Assembly: GCF_964188315.1 (NCBI RefSeq)
Contig: NC_135667.1
Location: 24,304,001-24,368,000 of the forward strand
DNA: 64,000 nucleotides
DNA from: Podarcis muralis
Taxonomy: Eukaryota
Reading direction: 5' to 3'
Below, in pieces: positions 34,936 to 46,422 of this stretch (positions are counted from its first letter, which is position 1; the number at the start of each line of letters is the position of its first letter). A model generated the notes under the pieces. That model had not been told where the DNA came from. It worked only from the letters and a program-made list of their open reading frames with translations, and made no database searches. A program made the translations under genes and the position numbers.

Positions 34936-36074
34936 AGAAACCATTTTGCTGATAAATCATTTGAAGCAGAATTGCCAAAGAAATATATAGAAAAATACAG
35001 TACCCATTTTATCTGTGTCCTTCAATCTTGTGTCCTCAGATCTCCTTTGCTGATATTTCTTTAATTTCTTCCACTTAATTCTATTCCACTTTTTTTTTTT
35101 GCTTTTTTCCATCTTTATTTTTTAAAATATCATTGCTATAACATTGTTATTATGTTGCTGCTGCTGCTGTTGTTTTCTTTTTCTAGGTGATTATCCCCTC
35201 ATTTGTATGTTCAGTATCCCCAATCCTGCTCTATCCCACTAGAACAGTGGCTTAATCATGCACCTTCTCTTATTTTCAATCTATTTCTTCTGAGATGGAT
35301 AAATAAATTGAAGTTCAGAGAAGCAGCATCTATCCTTCTATCGTCCCCAATGTATACACTTGCAACCTCTGAAATGCCTCTCTGGAAGTTTGGGGAGGAG
35401 GCTGCTAACAAATCGATGGCTGCTAGGGAGAGGTAGGGATGGGAAAATTCCTCTGGCAAAATGAAGTTATCATAGGATCCAAGGCATTATAATTTTATTT
35501 CTGACCTGTATGCTCCAGATTTGTCCCCAAAGATCTCAGAGTGGTTATGGTTCCTTGACACTCTTCCATCCTGATAACATTCATGACCAAACCTGATTAG
35601 CCTCAGGCATGGATCTGTATCACACACCTTTAGGCTATTTTCTAAGCACAAGAACACAGAGTTAGAATTACACAAATCTGGACTGTGAGTTTTGCCTTAA
35701 AGAGTTTTGACTCAGAGAATTGGGAATGAAACACTGGTTGCATAGTGGGGCTTCTTCTCCCCATGGCAAACCCCTGACATCTCAGGATGAAGGACAGTTA
35801 AGAAATGACATTGGGTGGGCTGGGGAACAAGCGTGCTACAGCTGTTTGAAGGAATCACTAGAATCTGAGGGTGCTGTTTGTTGGAAGTGCCTTTTTGCTG
35901 GTGCAAAATACAAACAAACGAACAAAAACAAACAAACTACAACCAGGAAATGGGGGGTGGGGTGGGGTAAGTAGCAAATTACAGGGAGACATTTCAGAAT
36001 TTATAATAAAGACACCTTCTTCTATGTGCAAATGAATTAATCAACACTGTTTCTCTTCTTCCAACAGTCAAAAT

Positions 36075-37043
36075 ATGATTCATGCCATTCTCAACATAAC
36101 AATGATTGAAAATTTCGTACTTCTAGGATTTTCTGGGGGTCGAGATCTGCAGATTTTACACTTTGTGATCTTCTTTGCAATGTACCTGACTGCCCTGGTG
36201 GGAAATCTTCTGATCATTACCCTGGTTGCTGTCAACAGTCATCTGCACACCCCGATGTATTTTTTTCTTGTCAATTTATCAATCCTTGATGTTGGCTCAA
36301 TCTCCGTCATCATTCCCAAATCCATGGCAAATTCTCTCATGAACCTAAGACTGATTTCATATTCACAGTGCGTTACTCAAACGTTTCTCTTCATCCTTTT
36401 TGCATCATCAGACTTCTTCCTCCTCACTGTCATGGCCTATGACCGATATGTAGCCATTTGTCACCCTTTGCACTATGCATCTATGATGAAATGGAGCAGC
36501 TGCATTCAAATGGCAGGTGGAGCATGGATGTTTGGTTTGTTCAATGCTGCTTTGCACACTGGTACTGTTTTTTCACTTCCTTTCTGCTCCAATGTCATCC
36601 ACCAGTTCTTCTGTGAAATTCCACGCCTACTTAAGATCTCCTGCTCTGATTCATACCTCAATGAAATTTGGGCTCTTCTATTTACTGCTGTGTTAAGTCT
36701 TGGTTGCTTTGTGTTCATTGTCATGTCCTATGTTCAGATCTTTACTGCGGTCTTGAGAATGCCCTCCATGGCAAACAGGCAGAAAGCCTTCTCCACTTGC
36801 ATTCCCCACATCACAGTTGTCTCCATATTATTCATCACTTCTGTCTTCACCTACTTAATGCCAACCTCTAATTCTCCATACCATCTGGATGAAGTGCTTG
36901 CTGTGTTATATACTGTGGTGCCTCCACTGATGAACCCAATAATCTACAGCATGAGAAACAAAGATGTCAAAACTGCTTTGTGGAAATTGCTGGGTTTTAT
37001 TTTTGGTAGGAATAATAAAAAGAGGCCTCCTGTTCACCTATAA
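36075..37043 (+). CDS. Olfactory receptor OR6, family 14-like, 322 aa
   Basis: OR motifs intact; acceptor cttccaacag 7 nt before ATG. Confidence 0.96.
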   Translation: MIHAILNITMIENFVLLGFSGGRDLQILHFVIFFAMYLTALVGNLLIITLVAVNSHLHTPMYFFLVNLSILDVGSISVIIPKSMANSLMNLRLISYSQCVTQTFLFILFASSDFFLLTVMAYDRYVAICHPLHYASMMKWSSCIQMAGGAWMFGLFNAALHTGTVFSLPFCSNVIHQFFCEIPRLLKISCSDSYLNEIWALLFTAVLSLGCFVFIVMSYVQIFTAVLRMPSMANRQKAFSTCIPHITVVSILFITSVFTYLMPTSNSPYHLDEVLAVLYTVVPPLMNPIIYSMRNKDVKTALWKLLGFIFGRNNKKRPPVHL

Positions 37044-39011
37044 GCCTGTTTTTTGCGATACAGCTTTTTTTTTTAAAAAAAGCACTGAGCTCACCTTACA
37101 TAGCTTTTTCCTGTAATAATAGTCTTCTGTAACAATAAACTTTGCTACCTTTTTACAATAGTTTAGTTTACAATAGTTTAGGCATTCCTCGTCCAGGGAG
37201 GCCTAGCTATTTTAATCTCTGATGACCTTCTTGGCATCTTAAAGCATCTTAATTAGATGCTTATTAATGTTTCAACTAACTTGTTTTATGGCTTTATTTT
37301 GCTTTGTATTTTATTACTGTTCTGCCATATTTTATTATATTTTATTGTATTTGCTTTATTGATGACATCTACTTAATTTATATTTGGTGGAAAGTTAGAA
37401 TACAAACACAAGAAATAAATAAGATTTTGTTTGTTCAGAATATTCAGAATATTTTACCTTCCTTCGTCAACACAGTCACATACTTTCAGGTCTCAGCCAC
37501 ACCTCTGTTTGTCCTGCCACATTCTCCCAAGGAAATCCAATCTTTAGAGCTGAATCGGAACAAACAGAAACTGTGCATTCTGCAGATGGCTGTTTGTTCT
37601 TGTTTTTGTTCTTGTCTATTGTTAAAGAAAGGGTTTTCTGGGGGAAAGCAGCATGCCATGGCAAAATTGCTTGGACCTATATCCTCGAAAGCATGGGACA
37701 AGTGGAAAACCACTCTGACGTGCACAGGAGACAAGCAGATGTGTGGATGAGCCCTTGCTTCAATTTGTTTTGTTTTGTTCAGTGTGATAGTGCATATTTC
37801 TCAGTGAATGTTGTTTGTAATTCATTCCATACATTATTATTTGTCACATATGTGGCACATGAGACGTACTGAGCATTCTTGAATGCAGCAGGCTGGTGGA
37901 ACTTAAGCCTGTATAAATTATGCCGGATTCACACCCTGTAAATGTCCAGCACTAGCCTAGTCAAGCTAAAAGGAAGTACCACAACACAGAGAGCCAGCTC
38001 ACCTGGCATTACCTACCAGGGAATGGGGTGCACTTGTGACACACAAGGAGAGTTTCCAAATCCCTTGATCAGGTGTGCATGAACTGTACAGATAGCTCAC
38101 CCAAAATGGCTCATAATTGCCAGTGCAGGAATACAAACAAACTGGGCACAGAGTGCACACAGAGTCTCTAGCAGTGCTCATTGGGGCAGGCAATCAGCAC
38201 AATGTGTGTGCCACACATCAGCACATGCTCTTCTTATCACACAGGTATGTGCACCAACAGCATGGGACAGTGTGGCCAGGTAAGCAAGCACACGGGAGCA
38301 CACCAGAACACCCATGTTGCACCCACATTACACCCACTGCACAGACCCCAAACATCCACCTTATCCAGCATTGCAATCCCACTCCACAAGAATGCACAGC
38401 ACACACAGAGAAATCCTAAAGATAGTTTATTGAATGCACCCTAAAAGTTGCACATGACCTCAGGCACTAAGCAGGCAGTGAGCAGGTAGGAAACTCAGAC
38501 ACAAGCTGCCCCAGAGTCCTCAGGGGCTGGTGCAGAGGGCATGGCCCCAGCGATAGGCACATCCTCCTCCAATGTCTCTTCTTCCTCTGTGGTGGTGGCA
38601 GAAGTTTTTGACTGCAACTTGCTTAATGTCTTACCTGACGGGTCATTCCTCGACCTTTTGCAGAACACATAAGGGTCTACAAACCTCTAAAAACAGAAAG
38701 ATTTGCTTTTTCCTGACACATTTGTAATTAGGCATATTCCTTTTATGTGTAAAGGGACTGTCAGAGATAGATTCACATATGCTCCTTGCATAAAGCTTAG
38801 ATATAGAACCCCAATGTGATATTAGGCAAGAATTCAGGATTCCCACACAATGTCACTCCACAACAGGTTTTGCTTTCTGAAATATAATGAGGAAAACTAG
38901 TTTAATTAATGACCTCTTTATTTCCACTTAACCTTTGTTCATTCCCATACCCATTGTATGCCTCTCCCGTCTGCTGCATAATTTGTTTGGAAGTGGGGGA
39001 CAAGCAGGACA

Positions 39012-39159
39012 TTGTTGTGGGGAGGAAGGGAAAGGAAATTGTTAGCCGCTTTGAGACTCCTTAAGGTAGTGATAAAGCGGGATATCAAATCCAAACTCCT
39101 CCTCCTCCTCCTCCTCCTCCTCCTCCTCCTCCTCCTCCTCCTCCTCCTCTTCTTCTTCT
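39012..39159 (+). mobile_element. LINE 3' tail with (CTC)n(TTC)n microsatellite, in the OR7 3' UTR
   Basis: gttagccgctttgagactcc...gcgggatatcaaatccaaa followed by a trinucleotide tail. Confidence 0.55.
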
Positions 39160-39220
39160 ATATGGGACAATTTGGAAAAATGAATCAAGATTCCATCTCT
39201 CCAAGTATGCGTCAACAATC

Positions 39221-40177
39221 TCAGGCCTCACTTTGCAAAATGGTCTGCAGTCTTCTCAATGCATCTCTCAGTGTTTCCTTCACGGTCTTGTTCCTGAAGC
39301 TGTAAATAATAGGGTTTAGCAATGGGGTCACTACTGTGTTGAATACTGTGGCTATTTTGTTGAATTCCATTGAAGAGCTGCCAGCTGGCTTGATATAGAT
39401 GAAGATGGAGCTGCCATAATAAAGTGATGCCACAGTGATATGCGAAGTGCATGTGCTAAAGGCTTTCTTTCTGCCTTTAGCAGAGGGTATCCTAATCACA
39501 GTGACAATGATGCAGATATAAGAGATTGTTGTTACAGATACAGAGCTGAGAAGCATGAAGCAGGAAACTGCCAAATCTAAGGCCTGGAGAAAGCGAACAT
39601 CAGCACAGATCATTTCCAAAAGAGGGCCACTGTCACAGAAAAAGTGGTCAATAACATTGGAGCCACAGAAAGGCAGTCCTGCCTTCAGCACCATGGAGGC
39701 AGAGATGGAAAAGAAGCTGCACAACCAACAAGACAGGACCATTAGCACGCAGACACGGGAGTTCATGATAGCAGTATACCGCAGAGGGTTGCAGATAGCC
39801 ACATAGCGATCCACTGACATAGCAGCCAAAAGGAGGACTTCAGTGGAACCAGCAACAAAGTAGATATATCCTTGCAAGGCACAGGCAACAAAAGATATGG
39901 TGTTTTCCTTTGAGATAAGTAGGGTGAGCATCTTCGGAGTGACAGTTGTAGTGATGATGATCTCCAGCCAGGAGAGGTTCTTGAGTAAATAGTACATTGG
40001 TGTATGCAAACGGTGGTCCACATGGATCATGACGATGACTAAAGTGTTCCCAATCAAGGTCAGTATGTACATGACAAGGAAGAGGAAGAAGAGTGGTTTT
40101 TGAAACTGGTGGAGATTAGAGAAGCCAAGTAGGACAACCTCAGTGACAATTGTTTTAGAGATGTTTCTGAAGGTCAT
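39221..40177 (-). CDS. Olfactory receptor OR7, family 6-like, 318 aa
   Basis: LHTPMYYLL, MSVDRYVAICNPLRY, FCGSNVIDHFFCDSGPLL (family 6-type), KAFSTCTSH, PLLNPIIYSFRN. Confidence 0.95.
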   Translation of the reverse strand: MTFRNISKTIVTEVVLLGFSNLHQFQKPLFFLFLVMYILTLIGNTLVIVMIHVDHRLHTPMYYLLKNLSWLEIIITTTVTPKMLTLLISKENTISFVACALQGYIYFVAGSTEVLLLAAMSVDRYVAICNPLRYTAIMNSRVCVLMVLSCWLCSFFSISASMVLKAGLPFCGSNVIDHFFCDSGPLLEMICADVRFLQALDLAVSCFMLLSSVSVTTISYICIIVTVIRIPSAKGRKKAFSTCTSHITVASLYYGSSIFIYIKPAGSSSMEFNKIATVFNTVVTPLLNPIIYSFRNKTVKETLRDALRRLQTILQSEA

Positions 40178-40344
40178 CTTACCAACATAAGTTCCTTCTG
40201 AAAGAAAGTGGAATATTTAGTATATAATTAAAATAAATTAAGAAAAATCATTCTAGAAAAATCAGAGATATGTTTCCTTAGCGACTAATTTGTTATTTTG
40301 GTAAGAGCTCCTGTAGTTAAAGACCTAGGTTTCTAGGAAAAGTC

Positions 40345-40532
40345 AAAGCTCAGTAGTGGAATAACTGTTTTCCATGCAAAAGCTCCCAAATTCAGTCCCT
40401 GGCATCACCAAGTAGGGCTGGGAAGGTCTTCCCACCCAAAAAATCCTGGACAACCACTGACAGCAAATGTATATAACACTGAGCTAGATGAACTAGTGGT
40501 TTGACTCAAAATAAGGCAACTTCTCACATCCT
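40345..40532 (+). mobile_element. Old tRNA-derived SINE with CR1-like tail
   Basis: gctcagtagtgg...ttcagtccctggcatc...gagctagatgaactagtggtttgactc...aaggcaacttc. Confidence 0.6.
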
Positions 40533-40707
40533 TCCGATGCTCCTAAACATATAACTAATGCTATAACCCCCCTAATTTCAGTTTTCCTTTGTAGCATGAA
40601 GAAAGAGTTGCAGTTTGGGGAAAGAGTTTAAAGATGATAAGTCCACAGAAAAATATACTAGTTTAGTTAATTTTCCTTTTACTCATTTTATTTTATATTA
40701 TTACTGC

Positions 40708-40922
40708 AATTATATCCCACCTTTCCTCTAGGGAACTCCAGGTGGCATAAATGGTTCCCATCTTATCCACACAACAACCACATGAGACAGGTGAGGCTAA
40801 GAGACTGTGGGTGGCTTAAGGTCACTCAGTCAGCTTCACAGGTGAGTGGAGATTTTAATCCTGCTATCCAAGGATCAGTCCAACGCTAACTATGTCAGTC
40901 TAACTATGACACCACATTGGCT
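40708..40922 (-). mobile_element. Old CORE/MIR-like SINE
   Basis: ttatccacacaacaacc...aggtgaggc...aaggtcactcag...gcttcac, a typical CORE-SINE antisense pattern. Confidence 0.55.
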
Positions 40923-41699
40923 TTTAGAACAGTAGCAATAACTGACTGTGGTGTCAGACTGCTAAACACATGTGCTGCTAGAACAGCTGAAACATTTCCA
41001 AATCTTGAAATATTCATTCAGGAGCTAGATGGAAATGGGAAGCTTTTCAGTTGTTTTCAAATGGTTTATTTTACTACATCTACTCCAATTATGGCTTCCA
41101 AGTTGGTCTGTTGGGACATTCTCCAGAAACATTATTGTGATCTTTTATCTGATTTGATGAAACCAAAATGTCCCCTTTTTAACAGAGCCCTCTTCCTTCC
41201 AACTCTCACCAGATCATTGCTTATACATATCAGCACACCAGCCGTTACCTACAATAGAATTTCTGAGCTCAGCTCCCAAAGGTAGATGGCCCTATTCTCC
41301 TTGTCACAGATTGCAGTGCAATCAGCGAGGTCAGTATTTGATTTTGATGGAAAAATTGATGGGTGAAAAATGTACCATTGTAAATGCGTACACTCCCAAC
41401 AATAAGTAATCAAGAATTTTCAAAGCACTCTTAATTTTTGGAAGTATGCATTACTCATGCAGATGATCTTAATTGAGTTAGTCTTCATGGAGTAACGCCT
41501 CAAGGTTTTATTATTTTTAAATAGATAGTTGCAGGCACAGGTAATCAGAGGGCAATGATATACTTTCTATTTCAAAACACACTTTTATTCAATCATTGGT
41601 TATTATTATTTTTCAGATTTGTACAATATATTAATAGTGCACTCTGAATAATATAAGAACAATAGATTAGCCCTGGTGAATCAGGCCAAGCCAAAGGCT

Positions 41700-41870
41700 C
41701 ACCAGATGTCAAAGAGAACAACAACTACCAGACTTTTAGAAGACATCTGAAGACAGCCCTGTTTAGGGAAGCTTTTAATGTTTGATGTATCACAGTATTT
41801 TAATATTCTTTTGGAAGCCGCCCAGAGTGGCTGGGGAAACCCAGCCAGATGGGCGGGGTATAAATAATAA

Positions 41871-41908
<38 letters not shown>
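41700..41908 (+). mobile_element. L2 3' end (family B) with (ATT)n tail
   Basis: gaagccgcccagagtggctggggaaacccagccagatgggcggggtataaataataa(att)n. Confidence 0.8.
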
Positions 41909-41909
<1 letters not shown>

Positions 41910-44369
41910 TAGTCCACCATCCTTTTCTACTATGTTCTCTCAAACAGAACCTGAGTGCAACATTGCTCTCTCCGCTTTTGAACCCTAGCAACTGGTATCC
42001 AGAGGCAAACTCAGTGCTATTTTTTCTAGAAAAAGAGGTGCCAGAACTCACCATGAATGCCTCCTTTAGTTCTCTTATAGTGGCAATGGCACCCACCTGA
42101 GAAGTACTAGAACTGAGGTCCGGTGCGTTCCAGCTTTTAAAAAAGCCTCTAACGCTGGAGCTAGATCGTAGCAATCACAACTAGTAGCCCCTGATAACGT
42201 TATACTTTGTGATCATAATAAATTTGTGGTTATTCTTTAGCTTTAATAGTTCATCCTTATTTTTATTCCTTCTTTTAACATATTTTCACAACACTCATAC
42301 CCATTACAGTCATGTTTTCCCCTCACCATATCATAATCCTTGCTCATTAAAGTCTTAATTCTGCAATGCCCCTTTTGCCTTCCAAAGGATTCTCTCCAAT
42401 GTCGTATTGAGTGTCCATGGTAGCATTTCCTATTCTACTTACACCTTTCCTTCATTATGGTGAGTCCCAGGTCAAAGGCAGATGCTGTGTTTCTGTAGTT
42501 ACATGCTTTGCCAGTCATGGAAGAGCTGATTTTTTATCCCGGAAATGGATCCTATCTTTTTGTCTCTGCTGGGGAAATTTCAGTCAATCAGTCAGGTCAG
42601 CTGCTGTGCTAAATGATGTAGATGGATCACATAACTTTTACAGAAGAACCAGCCTCCCTCAGTTTAACTTCAATAATAATTGGAAGTCTCTGGTTGCAAT
42701 CTCTCCTCAGCCATCTTCCCATGACATGCTCACTCAGGCTTGTATGTGGTGAAGCTAAATGGACATTAAATTGAAAGCAACCTGAGCAAATATATATCCT
42801 GTGAAATATGTAGGGCTATATGCACCTAATGTGCTATGTATTTTATTTAGCAGTCATCCTGGTATGTTAGTACGCTCATTTAGTTTACAGAAGCAACTCC
42901 AATTAAAGTTGGGAGATCAGGAAACTTGTACAGTGGCATCATGGCCCTATGGGAGAAACCCAATTGAGACTCATTAAACATAGGTATCACCCAACTTTCT
43001 GGGGGGGAAAAGAACAATAGCAGACACACACCCCAAGCTGCTATTTTGGATCTAGTACAGTAAAGTGGATAGGGTTAGGATTTTGGACTTTGACTTGGGT
43101 TCAAACCCATCACTGTCAAGGGCCCATACTGTGACCTTGAGCAATTCCAATTTGTAGCAGCTGTAAAATGGGGCTTATTGTGAAGGAAAAGAATAACATT
43201 TGTAAAGCCCTTTAGGCATCCAAAATAATGCATAAAATATTGTTTCGACTTTTCCCTTCTAAAGTTCAGTTTTGCACAGCTGCTTGCTTTGACCACATTC
43301 TACCAAGGTGGTGACTTGAAGTGCAACTTTCTCATAACTGTTAGGTGGATTTGTAGCTAGCTGATTGACTAAACCCCAAACTAATGACTGGAGAAAAACT
43401 AGTCACATAAATGTAAATTTATCTTATTACCTATAAGAAAATCAAATTAATAAAATGCTTGTGGTTGGATGTGATTGACCCTATGCTTCCGGAGATTATG
43501 AAAGTCTGAATAGTCATATCTAGTGGTATAGAGTAAAAAACAATTTGAATTAAAGAAATGAATGACCAAGCCTGTTAGATAGATTCTATTCATTTATACA
43601 TATTTCTGCAGCATGGACCTCCTTTTAACATAAATTGTAGATCTTTTAACATAAGTTGTAGATCCTCATGTCTACCATATAATCCCACCTAGTATTTATT
43701 GCACTTCATATCCATTTATTCTATGCAGCTGAAATATCACCATAAAGAGACAGGTAGTACTGGGGGAGCATTGCAGAACCAACTAAAGCAGAATGGCTCT
43801 ATCACTAATGCACAATTATTGTGTTAAGAATATGTTGCAGAATACACCTGCAATAAAAGACCAGTCTGGAGGGGCCCTTAGTTTGGACGCAACCCGTTAT
43901 TTTTTCAGTGGCCAAAGCAGAGTTAAGCATGCTTAAGCCCACTGAGATCAACAGCCTTTGTCACATTTGTCTTGGACTGTGGTTATTGATTTTTAAATTA
44001 ATGATGTATATCCTATCAGGAAGGCTCAGGTGGGCAAAAAATAAAATTAAAATAAGAGTCCCCATGATAGCAAAATAGGGGAAAAAATTTAATCACTTGT
44101 AATGCACCATGTTTGGGATTTATGTTTATGGGTCACTCAGATGCAAAATATTAAGGTGAAGGGAGTTGAAGGCAGCATGGAATGGTACTTGGGACAGGAG
44201 CATCATTTGAAAATTGGAAGAACTTGCTCCCTACTTGAAAAATATTGCAGGCACCCATGGTCACAAGTTCCTATGCCTAATATGAACTTGCTTATTGCTG
44301 CTCTGAATGCTGCTCTTTCAAAGTTCTGCTAAGACCACAAGGGTTAAATTTACTTCACCCTTGTAAAGT

Positions 44370-44952
44370 AACATGTAAAGTAGTAAAAGAATTCTGGGAA
44401 ATGATACATAATGAACTGAAAAAAATGTTTAAAATAAATTTTTCTAAAAAACCCAAAACTTTTCTTTTAGGAATTTAGGTGCTGAAATTCCAACGGATCA
44501 GAAAAGACTATTTATGTATGCAACCACTGCTGCCCAGATGTTACTAGCCCAGAGATGGAAAGAAGATCCTACCAGAGAAGAATGGCAGATTAAGTTGATG
44601 GACTATGCTGAAATGGCAAAAATGACCAGAAGAATCAGAATTCAGGAAGACCAAATTATTAATAAGGAATGGGGAAAATATATAATTTACCTTAAAACCA
44701 TTGTAAGCAATTCAAATTATTAGTAGGATTGGAGTACCACTTATAGTTTAATGTTGAATTTTGGTTATAATGGAGATTTAATAGATTTGGATTAATAGGC
44801 AAGATGAGGGAGGAAAGGTTAATATAAGGACCCACAAAAGGGAGGAGGGAAGCCCAGGAGATTCTTCAGAATTCTCTTTCTATGTTTGTTGTTTGTAAAT
44901 TGTTTGTAAATTTTAAAATCTGAAAAAAAAGAATTAAAAAAGGAAAAGAAAA
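44370..44952 (+). mobile_element. L1-clade 3' fragment with A-rich tail
   Basis: CKVVKEFWEMIHNEL...MYATTAAQMLLAQRWK...WQIKLMDYAEMAK. Confidence 0.78.
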
Positions 44953-45495
44953 TTTACTCCACCCTTTCTGGATATAGATAGATAAAGATATAGATATGGA
45001 TGATATAGATATAGATAGATGCATGCGATGTGAAATCACATGTTTAAGTTACACATAGGCCCTGATAGTGATCTTAGCTGTCTACCCCCCTACTCCCCAG
45101 ACCTTAGTAAGATAACTCTAAGATGGGGCTTGTTATTTATTGGCTGAGTTTTTATTTTTTCATCTTTCCCTTGCTAGTCACAGCAAGGAATGGTTGACAC
45201 TTTGGTAAGAGTTATGGGAGTGCAGGAATATAATAATATTGCTCCTCTCCCTCTGTCTTCACTCATTCTTTGAATATTTAACAATATCTGCAGATCTCAG
45301 TTTTGGGGTGTTACTAATATAGTCACTACTGTATAGTGGTTCAGGAGAATTTAGCATTTTTTACTTTGGAAAGTGAGCTAAATAATAGATGGAAAATCTT
45401 CTTTATTAACTGATGTTAATTTGATGTTTTGCAATTTAGCACAATCCCCAACTTGTCTGTGGAGAGAAAAATCTGAGCTTTCAGAATGCAACGTG

Positions 45496-46422
45496 TTATT
45501 TCTTTCCAAGAACGTTCAGAAATGCAACTTGCATTTCCCTGTTTCTGAAGCTGTAGATGAGGGGATTCAGAAAAGGAGTGATGATGGTGTATAACACAGA
45601 GATCAAGCGCTCCTGTTCCATGGAGCGGCTGGAGGCAGGAGACATGTAGGTGAAGATGGCTGTGCTGTAGAAGATGCTCACCACAGTAAGATGGGAAGCA
45701 CAGGTTGAGAATGTCTTGATCCTACCCTGTGCTGAATGAATTTTGAGTACAGCTGAGACAATGAGGATGTAGGAGAGTACAATCAAGGAGACTGTTGTTA
45801 TCATTATGCTTCCGGAGATTATGAATGTCACCAACTCAGCGAGGGAGGTATCCGAGCAGGAGAGGTGCAGGAGAGGTGGGATGTCACAAAAGAAATGCAT
45901 AATCTTATTGGAGCCACAGAAGTTCAGGGAGAATATAAAAGATGTGTTGACAATGGCATTGATATTTCCAATGGTCCATGAAGAAGCCAAAAGCCACCTG
46001 AGGATCGGCTGGCTCATGAGCAAAGTGTAGCGCAGTGGGTGGCAGATGGCGGCATAGCGATCATATGCCATGACAGAAAGGAGGGCGCCTTCCGTGGCAG
46101 CTGTGGTTAGAAAAAAATACATCTGGATCACACAGCCTGCAAAGGAGATGGTCTTGTCCTTGGACAGAAGGTCCCACAACATCTTTGGCACGGTGGTGGT
46201 GATGTAGCAGATCTCTGTAAATGACAGGTTGCTCAGCAAGAAGTACATAGGAGTGTGGAGGTGCTGGTCAGCCTGTATTAAAATAATGATGGTTAGATTC
46301 CCTGTTAAGGTGATTACGTAGATCATCAGTCCAATAGCAAAGAGGAGGCTCTGGAGTTTAGGGTCATCTGACAGTCCCAAAAAGATGAATTCTTTCAGAG
46401 TGGTTTGGTTTTTCCTTTCCAT
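45496..46422 (-). CDS. Olfactory receptor OR8, family 5 (5V1)-like, 308 aa
   Basis: LHTPMYFLL, MAYDRYAAICHPLRY, FFCDIPPLLHLSCSDT, KTFSTCASHL, PFLNPLIYSFRN. Confidence 0.95.
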   Translation of the reverse strand: MERKNQTTLKEFIFLGLSDDPKLQSLLFAIGLMIYVITLTGNLTIIILIQADQHLHTPMYFLLSNLSFTEICYITTTVPKMLWDLLSKDKTISFAGCVIQMYFFLTTAATEGALLSVMAYDRYAAICHPLRYTLLMSQPILRWLLASSWTIGNINAIVNTSFIFSLNFCGSNKIMHFFCDIPPLLHLSCSDTSLAELVTFIISGSIMITTVSLIVLSYILIVSAVLKIHSAQGRIKTFSTCASHLTVVSIFYSTAIFTYMSPASSRSMEQERLISVLYTIITPFLNPLIYSFRNREMQVAFLNVLGKK

